A stretch of 64,000 nt of DNA from Patescibacteria group bacterium UBA4787 (GCA_002402995.1 DHGX01000004.1:85186-149185); one strand, 5' to 3'. Shown: positions 9,789-19,164, counted from the first letter of the stretch. Notes: a model not told the origin generated them from the sequence alone. Numbers and translations are program-made.

Positions 9789-10733
9789 ATGAATCATCAA
9801 GATACAAAGTTAATATTTTTTGGCACCGGAAGCTTCGCCGAAATAATTTTAGATTACATAAAGAACGAATTCAAAAACATCTTAATTATAACCGAACCAG
9901 ACAAACCGGCCGGCAGGAAACAAATTTTAACCCCTTCGTTGGTTAAAGTTTTGGCGAATAAATATAACCTAGAGATTTGGCAACCGGACTCAATAAAAAC
10001 TCCGGAATTTATTCAACAAATAAAAGATCAAAAACCGGATATTATCTTGATTGCCGATTACGGGAAGATAATTCCTTTAGATATTATAAAAATACCGCAA
10101 TACGGTTCTTTGAATATTCATCCGTCTTTGCTTCCCAAATATCGCGGCTCCTCCCCTATCCAGAACACTATATTAAATAACGACCAAGAAACTGGCGCAA
10201 CGTTAATGCTGATTGATGAATCGGTTGACCACGGCCCGATAATAACTAATAACAGAATACAAATAACGAATAACAAAATTACTGCCGAAGAGTTGTCAAA
10301 AGAGCTGGCAGAATTAGGCGCAAAATTATTTATAGAGACATTGCCTTTGTGGATAAGCGGAGAAATTAAAGCTATTCCCCAAGATCATTCAATGGCTATT
10401 TTTACGAAAAAAATCAAAAAGGAAGACGGTTTAATTGATTGGTCGTTAAACGCAGAGGCAATAGACGCGCGTTTCCGCGCTTATCAGCCCTGGCCAGGTG
10501 TTTATACTTATTGGCGCAATCAACGCTTAAAAATTATTAAAGCGAATACCCTTGAAATAGACCACAAATTAATATTGGGAACTGTTTTTTTAACTGAAAA
10601 AAAAGAGTTGGCTGTCGCTTGCGGAAAAGACGCTCTAATTTTAGAAGAGGTTCAACTTGAGGGAAAAAAGAAAATAGCGGCTAAAATTTTTTTGAATGGT
10701 TGTCCGGGGGTAGTTGGTTCTATCTTAAAATAA
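9789..10733 (+). CDS. fmt: methionyl-tRNA formyltransferase
   Basis: 314 aa with an N-terminal formyltransferase domain (IFFGTGSFA, SLNIHPSLLPKYRGSSPIQ) and the C-terminal Fmt domain. Confidence 0.9.
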   Translation: MNHQDTKLIFFGTGSFAEIILDYIKNEFKNILIITEPDKPAGRKQILTPSLVKVLANKYNLEIWQPDSIKTPEFIQQIKDQKPDIILIADYGKIIPLDIIKIPQYGSLNIHPSLLPKYRGSSPIQNTILNNDQETGATLMLIDESVDHGPIITNNRIQITNNKITAEELSKELAELGAKLFIETLPLWISGEIKAIPQDHSMAIFTKKIKKEDGLIDWSLNAEAIDARFRAYQPWPGVYTYWRNQRLKIIKANTLEIDHKLILGTVFLTEKKELAVACGKDALILEEVQLEGKKKIAAKIFLNGCPGVVGSILK

Positions 10734-10738
10734 AAAAG

Positions 10739-10784
10739 TCCGCCTTCTCCCGACCGAAGTCGGGATTCGGCGGATGTTCGATTT
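10739..10784 (+). terminator. putative rho-independent terminator after fmt
   Basis: GC-rich nested hairpin (TCCGCC..CCCGACCGAAGTCGGG..GGCGGA) followed by a T-rich tract. Confidence 0.45.
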
Positions 10785-10921
10785 TGTGTTTTCGCTTCGC
10801 TTAAACAAAATCGGCAAGAAATGTCGGCACAAGAATTTTTGATTGGCCATCATGATTTTTTAGGAAATAAAGGTGTGCTTTCCTTTGGATCTTTCTATCG
10901 GATATTTTTCTTCGTTCTTTT

Positions 10922-11197
10922 TTATTTTTTCTCTAAAGCTTTTAGAATATCTATGCCTGCAATTTCGTCTTTGAGGATAAAATTAAGGCTATCCGCGATA
11001 AAAAGCAAATAGAAAAAAGGAGAATTAAATTGTCGCATAAAAATCGCCAATAATCGGTGACGTTTTTCTTTGATTTCGTTGGGGCCGTAAATTTTTAAGC
11101 GACGAATCGCCTCTTATTCAAAAAGGCCATGTTCAGAACTTTCTAAAGCCACAAAGACCTCTTGGGTTGTTTTATTGGTATATTGCGAGAAAAACAT
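10922..11197 (-). pseudogene. N-terminal remnant of a P-type cation-transporting ATPase, with an in-frame stop and truncation
   Basis: The minus-strand translation MFFSQYTNKTTQEVFVALESSEHGLFE*EAIRRLKIYGPNEIKEKRHRLLAIFMRQFNSPFFYLLFIADSLNFILKDEIAGIDILKALEKK* matches the conserved N-terminus of P-type ATPases (S.EHGLS.EEA..RL..YG.NE...K......L..F..QF..P). It has an in-frame TAA at 11115-11117 and ends after ~90 codons, where a full-length protein would exceed 800 aa. Confidence 0.5.
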
Positions 11198-11200
11198 ATT

Positions 11201-11788
11201 TTATTTCTTGTTCTTAAAGAATTCTTCTTTTTTTAATGCCACATCCAATTTATATTTTGCCTTTCCTCCCTTTTTTAATTTTGTTTTAGATAATATTTTA
11301 TAGCCCGATGATTTGAATGCTTTTATGCTCCTGACATTATAATCACTTACTAACCCGAATATCATATCTACTTTTTCCTTTATAAATCCATATTCTGTAA
11401 GCATTTTGATTACGATCGTTCCAATTCCTTTTCCCCAGTATTCTTTTTCGCCTATAATTAAATCTATTCTGCGGCAATCTAATTTCGGATATTTTTTAAT
11501 AATTCTTGAGATATTCATTCTTTGCAACCAGCACTCACCAATTGGTTTTGAATTATATTCAATCATAAAGCACAATCCTCCTTTTCGTGAAACATCACAA
11601 TAGATATCCTTAACTTCTTCAATATCTCTAGATTCAATATCATCTTCTTCGCAATAATATAAAACTTCCGGATCATTATTCCATTTTAGCAGCAAATCCC
11701 AATCTTTTTCTTTTAATGGTCTAAGTTTAATAGAATTTTTTTTTAAGATAGACTTAAGAATTACATTGTGTGTTTTTAGTTTTTTCAT
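11201..11788 (-). CDS. GNAT family N-acetyltransferase
   Basis: 195 aa with an acetyl-CoA binding signature (IGEKEYWGKGIG). Confidence 0.65.
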   Translation of the reverse strand: MKKLKTHNVILKSILKKNSIKLRPLKEKDWDLLLKWNNDPEVLYYCEEDDIESRDIEEVKDIYCDVSRKGGLCFMIEYNSKPIGECWLQRMNISRIIKKYPKLDCRRIDLIIGEKEYWGKGIGTIVIKMLTEYGFIKEKVDMIFGLVSDYNVRSIKAFKSSGYKILSKTKLKKGGKAKYKLDVALKKEEFFKNKK

Positions 11789-11798
11789 GAGTTTAGGT

Positions 11799-13292
11799 TT
11801 AATTTGCTTTAGATCTTTTTTTCTCTGTCACCCGAAAACCCAGATATTTACCCAACATTAAACGCGTGATGGCGTCGGTGGCCGGAATGGCGCCATAAAT
11901 AATCATTGTAACTGGCAGGAAAAACCACTGAAGAAGCATAGAAAAATATTTGGAAATTTTATATTTACCGGGTTTAGGCGGCAACAAGAGAATACTCAAA
12001 ATAGCGGTTAATAAAAGGCCGAGAATTGTGATATTTATCAACTTCTCTAAGACAAATGGAGCGTTTTGAATAATAGCTTCTGATTTTTCTTGAAAACGAG
12101 CAAAAATAAAGGGCAAATAACCTATAAAAGTAATAATAATCGGCATAGTCGCCCAAGAGCAAGATCCTTCAAATTGTGTCCATAACGGGCCAATCTTTTT
12201 TATCCACGGCATTTTTTTGTTTCTGATAAAATACCAAAGCATATATGGCACATTTTCTACGCCGTAACCCCATCTTAACATTTGTTTGTATTGTTCAATT
12301 AAGCTCTTTTTGAGATTTCCCGCGTAGACAGTATCCATTGAAACGGGTAGATACATCGGTATTACTTGATAATTTCCATTATAATGATTGTAACATTGTA
12401 AATAAATCCTTGAATCATCGCTGACCACGTCGCGATCCCAAAATCCGACATCAACCAAGGCCTTAAAAGACATACTGTGCGAAGAAAACGTGAATAGCAA
12501 TTCTTTTCTTGCCATTTCCGTTAAAAGCCAAAAGGTAGTGCCGCGAGCGACTACGCGCATTAAAAATGGAGACTCCCAGATGTTGTTATTAAAGACCGCT
12601 ATAGGCTGGAAGCTGCAATGCGCGGGATTCGGAACGGTTAAAAAAAGATATGTTAAATAACTAAAATATTGCGAGTGAATCACGCTGTCCACATCAAAAC
12701 ACGAAGAAATAATATTTTCATAAGGAACCTTTAATTCTTCATCGATAATTTTTTTAACGATTTCGCCCGCATAAGAAGCATTTGACGCTTTGCCGGAAAT
12801 TTCATTCGGCAAATTTTTAGGATGAACGGTATAAATAAACTTGAAAAATTTACTCTTAAATTCTTCTTCTGCTTCTTTCGCGATACTTAAAAAATTTTCT
12901 TTATCCCGCTCTTCGCCGGCTAAAACAACAATTATTCTGTTAGATGGAAAAGCATTATTGCTAATGGCGGTTAAAGTTCCGAAAATAATTTCTCTCCCCT
13001 CTTTGTAGGTTGGCAAAAAAACTACGTGATATATCCTTTTCCATTCATTGATTTCTTGGCATTTATCCAGCCAGTTAATTCTTTTGGTTTTTTCCATTTT
13101 TCGCCAAGAAAAAAACAAAAAAATCAGTTTATAAGAGATTCTGATCATCCACCAAATAACAAAAATAATTATAAAATAAACACCGCCCAGCGGAAAAAAT
13201 ATTGACAACGCTAAACAAAAAATAAATATCCCCCAAATTACAAAACCAGGAACCATTTCTAAGAAACGATAAGTTTTATTTTGAGGCTTCAT
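11799..13292 (-). CDS. membrane glycosyltransferase (GT2-like)
   Basis: 497 aa with N- and C-terminal transmembrane segments around a cytoplasmic domain that carries D-rich motifs (CFDVDS, DDSR). No finer family could be assigned by eye. Confidence 0.5.
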   Translation of the reverse strand: MKPQNKTYRFLEMVPGFVIWGIFIFCLALSIFFPLGGVYFIIIFVIWWMIRISYKLIFLFFSWRKMEKTKRINWLDKCQEINEWKRIYHVVFLPTYKEGREIIFGTLTAISNNAFPSNRIIVVLAGEERDKENFLSIAKEAEEEFKSKFFKFIYTVHPKNLPNEISGKASNASYAGEIVKKIIDEELKVPYENIISSCFDVDSVIHSQYFSYLTYLFLTVPNPAHCSFQPIAVFNNNIWESPFLMRVVARGTTFWLLTEMARKELLFTFSSHSMSFKALVDVGFWDRDVVSDDSRIYLQCYNHYNGNYQVIPMYLPVSMDTVYAGNLKKSLIEQYKQMLRWGYGVENVPYMLWYFIRNKKMPWIKKIGPLWTQFEGSCSWATMPIIITFIGYLPFIFARFQEKSEAIIQNAPFVLEKLINITILGLLLTAILSILLLPPKPGKYKISKYFSMLLQWFFLPVTMIIYGAIPATDAITRLMLGKYLGFRVTEKKRSKAN

Positions 13293-13296
13293 CGGT

Positions 13297-15060
13297 TTAT
13301 GTTTTTTTAAGGAATTTTAATAGTCTTTCCATCGGCCACGCGTTAATTACATCTTTGGCTTCTACCCAGCCGCGGCGCGCAGTCATAACGCCATAACGCA
13401 TATTTTTCAGTTCTACTCTCGCATGGGCGTCCGTATTAATAACATTTTTTAAACCTATTTTCTTGACCAATTTTAAATTAACATCATTTAAGTCCAGGCG
13501 ATTCCAGTAAGCGTTTAATTCCAGAATTTTATTTAATTTTTTGGCTTCCAGTATAACTTTTTCTATATCAACATTATAGGGCATGCGCTTATTAATGATT
13601 CGGCCGGTTGGGTGAGCCAAAATTTTAACATAAGGATTTCTAATAGCCTTAATAATGCGTTCGGTCATAATTTCCGTGGGTTGTTTAAAGCCAGTGTGGA
13701 TTGCCGCAATCACAACATCGAGTTTTTTTAAAATTTCATCCGGCAGATCAAGTTGGCCATCGGCTTTGATATCAACCTCCATACCCTTGAGAATTCTGAA
13801 ATTTCTTAATTTTTTATTTAAGCGGTCTATTTTTTTAATTTGCTCCAAGACCCTTTTTGGATTTAACCCGTGGGTTACGCCGACTGAAGGTGTATGATCG
13901 GTAATGGCCAGATATTTATAGCCCATAACTTTTTGGGCGTAAGCAACAAGCTCTTCGATTGAATCGGCGCCATCTGATGCCTCGCTATGGCACTGCAAGT
14001 CGCCCTTAATGTCTTTGTCTTCGATAAGACGCGGCAATTTATTTTGTTTGGCTAATTCTATCTCTCCTTCGTCTTCCCTGATTTCCGGCGGTATGTAGGA
14101 TAAACCGACTGATTTAAAAACATTAATCTCTTCGGCACCGGTCAAAAATTTAAATTTGCCTGATTTTTCTTTTTTGAAAACTCCGTATTCATTGATTTTA
14201 AGATTCCGCGCCTGCCCCAGTTTTCTGATATGAATATTGTGCGCTTTTGAGCCGGTAAAATAATTCATAGCCGCGCCAAAACTTTCCGGTTTAATTACAC
14301 GAAGGTCAGCCTCAATCCCCTGTTTTAGAACAACATTAGCTTTCGTGGGGCCGCTTGCTTTAACTTGTTTAATCACCGATAAATGGACGAAACTATTAAT
14401 GGTTTTCTCGGGATGAGCGGAAATAGCTAAAAGATCGAGATCGCCTATGGTTTCTCTTCTTCGACGGATACTGCCGCAGATTTCTACCCTTTTTACGCCG
14501 GGAATATTTTTAATTTTTTCGGCAAGCTCTTCGGCAATCGGCAAAGCGATACCCAGAGGCAGCCGTTCGCTGAATTTCTTATATTGTTCGACACCTTGTA
14601 GAATATTGATTTCGCTCTTCTCGCCCCACCCTTTAAACTTTAAAAGTCTGTGAGATTTAATCAATTTGATTAAATCGTTGATGGAATTAATGTGGAGTTT
14701 GCTATTTAAAAATTTAACTTTTTTAGGGCCCAGTCCTTCGATTGATAATAGTTCCAAGACGCCTATAGGCACCTTTTTTTCTAAGTCGTCGATTTCTTTG
14801 GAATGCGCTGAAGTTATAAGTTCTTCGATTTTTTCCTTTAAGCCAGCGCCGATGCCGGGAATTTCCGTTAATTTATTTTGTTTATAGAGCTCATTAATAT
14901 CTTCTGGAAGAGATTCAATTGTTTGGGCGGCCCGACGATAAGCATTAACTCGAAATTGATTCTGTCCCAAGACTTCTAGAATGTCGGCCACTTTATAAAA
15001 TTTTTGCGCAATCTCCCTGTTATCCATTGTTTTGATTTTTCTCTTTAATGTAAATTGCAT
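13297..15060 (-). CDS. polX: DNA polymerase/3'-5' exonuclease PolX (Pol beta-like domain plus PHP domain)
   Basis: 587 aa. The N-terminal pol X helix-hairpin-helix/nucleotidyltransferase region (GIGAGLKEKI, GSIRRRRETIGDLDLL) is followed by a C-terminal PHP histidinol-phosphatase domain (HSEASDG). Confidence 0.85.
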   Translation of the reverse strand: MQFTLKRKIKTMDNREIAQKFYKVADILEVLGQNQFRVNAYRRAAQTIESLPEDINELYKQNKLTEIPGIGAGLKEKIEELITSAHSKEIDDLEKKVPIGVLELLSIEGLGPKKVKFLNSKLHINSINDLIKLIKSHRLLKFKGWGEKSEINILQGVEQYKKFSERLPLGIALPIAEELAEKIKNIPGVKRVEICGSIRRRRETIGDLDLLAISAHPEKTINSFVHLSVIKQVKASGPTKANVVLKQGIEADLRVIKPESFGAAMNYFTGSKAHNIHIRKLGQARNLKINEYGVFKKEKSGKFKFLTGAEEINVFKSVGLSYIPPEIREDEGEIELAKQNKLPRLIEDKDIKGDLQCHSEASDGADSIEELVAYAQKVMGYKYLAITDHTPSVGVTHGLNPKRVLEQIKKIDRLNKKLRNFRILKGMEVDIKADGQLDLPDEILKKLDVVIAAIHTGFKQPTEIMTERIIKAIRNPYVKILAHPTGRIINKRMPYNVDIEKVILEAKKLNKILELNAYWNRLDLNDVNLKLVKKIGLKNVINTDAHARVELKNMRYGVMTARRGWVEAKDVINAWPMERLLKFLKKT

Positions 15061-15886
15061 CTTTAAATCTTAAGTCAAGATATTCTAGCTTTGATCTGTC
15101 TTCAATATATTTAGTTAAGCTCTCTTGTAATTTATAAATTTGATAATTAAAGGTTGAATCACCCAACATATATATTTGCCAATCTTCGTTCGTTGTTATC
15201 TTAATTTGCAAAATATTATTGAGATAATCGATTTCGGCAATTTTAATTTTTACTTCCGGACGAACAGATAAACTAGCAATGTCGTTAACCAATTGAGAGA
15301 TTAAAGAAAAAAAGTTTTTATTCAGCGGTAAAACGGTCTGATCAAGAATAATCGGCAAAGACGACGGTTGTGGCTTTTGATAAATGGGCACAAATCCGAT
15401 TACCGGATCTAAATAATATGAGAAATCTCCATTGGGCTGGAATAAGGCTATCGGCATGATTTCCCAATATTTAATGATTAATTGGTGGGGAAAGTATCTG
15501 ATAATTTTTATTTTTTGGAACGCTTGTTGTTTTAAAACTTCTTTTTCTATCTTATCCTCTTTAATAGTCAAAAGACTATTTTTGCCAAAGAAGAATGAAT
15601 CTTTTTGGACGCGCAGTTTTTCTATTAAATCAAACAAGTCCTTTTCGTCCGCGGGAACAGTGTTTTGGTCAGATTTTATGCTCTTGATGGAAATTTCTCG
15701 AACGTCAAAATAATTATTTTTAATCAACAGCCAAATGAATCCCCCTATTAATATTATAAAAATAATCGAGAAAATTATTAAAACTTTATTTATTTTTCTT
15801 TTTTTTGATTGCCGAGCAACCATCATTTCGTGCCTAACTGCAGATTGATGTTCCGGCGAATTGTTTTTTTTCTTGAAAAGAGGCAT
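15020..15886 (-). CDS. cell division protein FtsQ/DivIB-like (single N-terminal TM, POTRA-like)
   Basis: 288 aa with a basic N-terminus, one transmembrane helix and an extracytoplasmic domain. Its start codon sits inside the target duplication of MITE copy A1. Confidence 0.45.
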   Translation of the reverse strand: MPLFKKKNNSPEHQSAVRHEMMVARQSKKRKINKVLIIFSIIFIILIGGFIWLLIKNNYFDVREISIKSIKSDQNTVPADEKDLFDLIEKLRVQKDSFFFGKNSLLTIKEDKIEKEVLKQQAFQKIKIIRYFPHQLIIKYWEIMPIALFQPNGDFSYYLDPVIGFVPIYQKPQPSSLPIILDQTVLPLNKNFFSLISQLVNDIASLSVRPEVKIKIAEIDYLNNILQIKITTNEDWQIYMLGDSTFNYQIYKLQESLTKYIEDRSKLEYLDLRFKDAIYIKEKNQNNG

Positions 15887-15887
15887 A

Positions 15888-16078
15888 CCAGGTAGTAGAG
15901 ATTCGATGCTTCTCGGGGCGCGATTTATATTAAGGAATGCGATAGAAGCAAAGAATAGTTATTTTATTAATGATGAGACCAAGTAGTGTAACGAAGCGAA
16001 AAGCTTGAAACTTAATACTCCGATGCCTTGGTCGGAGTCCAGACTCTTCGACATCGGGATTGAATTTTCACTACCTGG
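15888..16078 (+). mobile_element. family A MITE, copy A1 (long form, 191 bp)
   Basis: TIRs CCAGGTAGTAGAGATTCGATGCTTC ... ATTGAATTTTCACTACCTGG flanked by CATA at 15884-87 and 16079-82. It is ~90% identical to copy A2 at 44188-44378. Confidence 0.85.
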
Positions 16079-16511
16079 CATATTTTTGTTTAGTAATATT
16101 CGGCTGCTGATTATAGAATGGATGAATTATCTTACGAAGCGCCCTTTTGCCTCCCTGTTTCTCTAAAAATTTCAATCCATTTTTAATCAATAGAAGGTTG
16201 TCTTCATCGTTTTCGTTTGCTAAGCCCACAATCGGAATTTTTAAATTATGAGCTATGAGATTGGCCGTGGTTAAGACAACTCTTATGGAAGTAAAAGATC
16301 CGGGACCATCTATCACAATGATTCCTTCAAGCGCCAAAACATTTTCATTTTCTGCTTTAAGCAAGTTTTCTATTAAATTAAGCAGGTCGCGGCGATAAAT
16401 ATTGCCTTTTGCCGAATATAATTTACCGACAATCTCCGTGTCGTTTTTATCTTTATTTTTAATAAAGGCCAAGTAGATGTCGCTTTTTACCGCGTTAATA
16501 AACAGAATCAT
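16071..16511 (-). CDS. tsaB: tRNA threonylcarbamoyladenosine biosynthesis protein TsaB (YeaZ-like)
   Basis: The core reads MILFINAVKSD...VIDGPGSFTSIRV, carrying the TsaB GPGSFTG-like motif. The ORF-track start at 16595 would read into repeat B2, so the start is placed at 16511. Confidence 0.7.
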   Translation of the reverse strand: MILFINAVKSDIYLAFIKNKDKNDTEIVGKLYSAKGNIYRRDLLNLIENLLKAENENVLALEGIIVIDGPGSFTSIRVVLTTANLIAHNLKIPIVGLANENDEDNLLLIKNGLKFLEKQGGKRALRKIIHPFYNQQPNITKQKYAR

Positions 16512-16536
16512 TGATTGCAAAAATTGATAAATTAGA

Positions 16537-16684
16537 GTATAATTGGCAGTGAGGATATCAAATAAAAGTCTGCTTTTGATTTGACTCCGACTCACCTCGC
16601 TGACCCGCTACGCCAACGCGTTAGCGTGGCGAGAGCTCCGGCGAAGTGTAGCGCCCCAATTTCACGGAGCGAAGCGAGTATAAT
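16537..16684 (-). repeat. family B repeat, copy B2 (long form with nested GC-rich palindromic insert)
   Basis: Reverse orientation. It contains the insert CGCTACGCCAACGCGTTAGCGTGGCGAGAGCTCCGGCGAAG and ends with GCGAGTATAAT about 40 nt upstream of the ATG at 16725. Confidence 0.8.
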
Positions 16685-16724
16685 TATTTTATCTAAAATC
16701 AACCTAATAGTCAAAATTATATCT

Positions 16725-19091
16725 ATGGCGTTAAAAATCCAAACAGGCATTATCAACTATAAGCCAAAAATAGACAATTTATTATTCTCGTTTGCCGTTA
16801 TGAGCGATGAGCAAGATCGAGAATTACTCAATGTTATGGGGCAATTAGGTATGCTCTGGAAAATTAAAATTTCGGAAAATTTCAGTTCGAACCAATTAGA
16901 ATTAAACAAGAACTTTTCCGCCGAATTAAGCAAATTCGCCAGCAGCAGCTATTATGACCCGACCAAATTGGAAGATTTTGAAATCAATAAAAACTTCGAA
17001 GAATTATTAGAAAAAATAAATCAATGGATCAGAATAAAGAAAATTGACAGTTTTCGCCTCGATGAATTTGTTGAAAGCCTAGATATAACCATTTTTGTTT
17101 TTTTAAATAAAGAAATTAATTTTTCACAAATCGGGGTCAATCGTAATTTTTTAATCCAACCGTCACAAGAAGTTATAGAATTATCTCAAATCAACAAAAA
17201 GAAAACCGTGCCGTTTTTTCAAAATAAATTTTCTAATGTTGTAAGCGGCAACATCGAACAAGACAATCTTTTAGTTTTGGCCACCGAGGAATTTATTAAA
17301 TATTACGATTATAATAAATTAAGCGATTTATTAGCAAAAGGAATATCATTAAAAGAAATTCTATCGGAAATAAAAAAATCCGCGTCCGAAAAGAAATACG
17401 AAGAACCATTTAGTTTGTTGTTATTAAGATTGTCAGAAGATAGTAAATATGTTCCTCAAGCTGTTAAAGAAGAATCTGAACCGGAAAAAGAAAATATCGT
17501 CCAAACCGAAGATGCCGGCGAAAAAATCAAAAAACAAGAAACGATTATTGAACCCGAAAAGGAGAATGAAACAACCGAGGAAACTCAAGACAAAGACGAG
17601 AACGAAGAACAAGTTCAGGAAAGCGCCGCTATTGAATCTAAAGAGGAACCGAAAGATGCAACAGAAATTGAAAATGAGATAGAGCCACAAATTCCCGAAG
17701 AAAAAATCGAAGAGAATATCCAGGGAAAGATTTTAAACGAGAAAGACGAACAAATCAAAAATTTATTCTCAGAAGAAGAAAGTATTGATGATATTTCTGT
17801 TGATACAGACATAAATGAAGTGAAAAAACCGAAAAAGACCACATTTGTTAATCTAATCAAAGGATTTTTCAGATTGATAAAATTTATAATTTATCTTATC
17901 GGACGGGGTATTAAACTATTGTTTAATTTTTTAACTAAAATCCTATTTATCCAAAGCGCTTTCAATAAATTCAAAAAATTAAATCTCCAACAAAAAATAG
18001 CAGTCATCTTTTGTTTGATTCTGGGCGCGGCTTTTTTGGTTGGTTTATTTTATAACATTAATCTTAATTATCATAACAATAATAACCGCGAATATCGCGA
18101 TTTAATCAATAACCTCAAGAATAAAGAAGAAGAAATAAAACAAACAATCTCGCTTAAGAATGAAGCGAAAATCGGTTCTTTGTATTTAGAGTTTGAAGAG
18201 TTAACTAAAAATTTGCCCGCGATGAACGAAAGCCAGAAAAACGAATATAATATTATCCAAAAGCGGATCAACGACGAGTTGAAAAGCGCTTTAAAAGAAA
18301 ATAAACCGAGCCAGATTAAAATTTTATCAGATTTTCAGAGTATGCAAGCAGATTTATTGAATGAATTGGCTTATACAACGAAGAAGTTATATGTTTTGGA
18401 TCAAAACACTCAAATAGTCTATGCGACTGACACTTTAGACGGCAAAAAAACTGCCATTTATAAAACTCCTGCTAATTCGGCAAAAATAATAAAATTAAGA
18501 CTTACGGATCAAGACAACCTCCTAATCTTATATGACAATCAAAAACTTTCTAATATAAATCTTCTTGATAACAAATTAACCAGTCTTTCGTTGGAGACAA
18601 AGAACAAAAATTTGAAAATTTCAGATTTATTCGTCTATTCTCAAAAATTATACATTTTAGACAGCGCCGTTGGTAAAATTTTTAAATACACCAGAACATT
18701 GAACGGTTTTAGCCGTGAAGAAGAATGGCTAAAGTCCTCTACTTATAATTTAACCGGCGCATCTGGTTTTACCTCCGATGGTTCGGTTTATATTTTAACC
18801 GCCAACAATGAAATCAAAAAATTTTATACAGGACAAGAACAGGCGTTTAATTTCAAAATTACGCCTCCTTTAGAAGGCCAAGGCAATAAAATTTTAACTT
18901 CCTACGGCAATAATTACGTTTATATATTAAATCCGGAGCATGAAAGGATTATTCTAACCGATAAAAACGGGAAGATTATTAAAAAAATTAGCGATCCGGA
19001 AATAGGAAACGCGCTGAATTTCCAAATTAATGAAAAAAATAAAAAGATTTGGGTCAATACCAAGGACAAAATATTAGAATATGAAATTTAA
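16725..19091 (+). CDS. large hypothetical protein with an E/K-rich low-complexity region, internal TM segment and C-terminal repeat/beta-rich domain
   Basis: The ORF-track start at 16581 is encoded by repeat B2, so the start is placed at the MALKIQ codon at 16725. The EPEKENE acidic tract runs 17450-17800 and hydrophobic segments lie around 17850-18060. Confidence 0.55.
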   Translation: MALKIQTGIINYKPKIDNLLFSFAVMSDEQDRELLNVMGQLGMLWKIKISENFSSNQLELNKNFSAELSKFASSSYYDPTKLEDFEINKNFEELLEKINQWIRIKKIDSFRLDEFVESLDITIFVFLNKEINFSQIGVNRNFLIQPSQEVIELSQINKKKTVPFFQNKFSNVVSGNIEQDNLLVLATEEFIKYYDYNKLSDLLAKGISLKEILSEIKKSASEKKYEEPFSLLLLRLSEDSKYVPQAVKEESEPEKENIVQTEDAGEKIKKQETIIEPEKENETTEETQDKDENEEQVQESAAIESKEEPKDATEIENEIEPQIPEEKIEENIQGKILNEKDEQIKNLFSEEESIDDISVDTDINEVKKPKKTTFVNLIKGFFRLIKFIIYLIGRGIKLLFNFLTKILFIQSAFNKFKKLNLQQKIAVIFCLILGAAFLVGLFYNINLNYHNNNNREYRDLINNLKNKEEEIKQTISLKNEAKIGSLYLEFEELTKNLPAMNESQKNEYNIIQKRINDELKSALKENKPSQIKILSDFQSMQADLLNELAYTTKKLYVLDQNTQIVYATDTLDGKKTAIYKTPANSAKIIKLRLTDQDNLLILYDNQKLSNINLLDNKLTSLSLETKNKNLKISDLFVYSQKLYILDSAVGKIFKYTRTLNGFSREEEWLKSSTYNLTGASGFTSDGSVYILTANNEIKKFYTGQEQAFNFKITPPLEGQGNKILTSYGNNYVYILNPEHERIILTDKNGKIIKKISDPEIGNALNFQINEKNKKIWVNTKDKILEYEI

Positions 19092-19130
19092 CTGATTGCC
19101 CTATTTTATCGTAATTGATCGACATAAATT

Positions 19131-19164
19131 AAAAATACCCCGACTCGTCTCGAGGTATTTTTAA
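19131..19164. terminator. bidirectional rho-independent terminator between convergent genes
   Basis: AAAAATACCCCGACTCGTCTCGAGGTATTTTTAA forms a long stem flanked by A and T runs. It lies between the 16725-19091 gene and rplL. Confidence 0.6.

Noticed and set aside
10821-11012. 63-aa plus-strand ORF between fmt and the GNAT gene
   Set aside because: The opposite strand carries the recognisable P-type ATPase N-terminal remnant, so the plus-strand ORF is a shadow frame.
16581-16724. N-terminal 48 residues of the 16581 ORF
   Set aside because: They are encoded entirely by repeat B2. The conserved gene begins at the ATG at 16725, just downstream of the element's TATAAT box.
17433-17860. Three 77-85 aa ORFs on both strands inside the acidic low-complexity tract of the 16725-19091 gene
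   Set aside because: They are artefacts of the GAA/AAG-rich repeat and are all fully nested in the larger gene.
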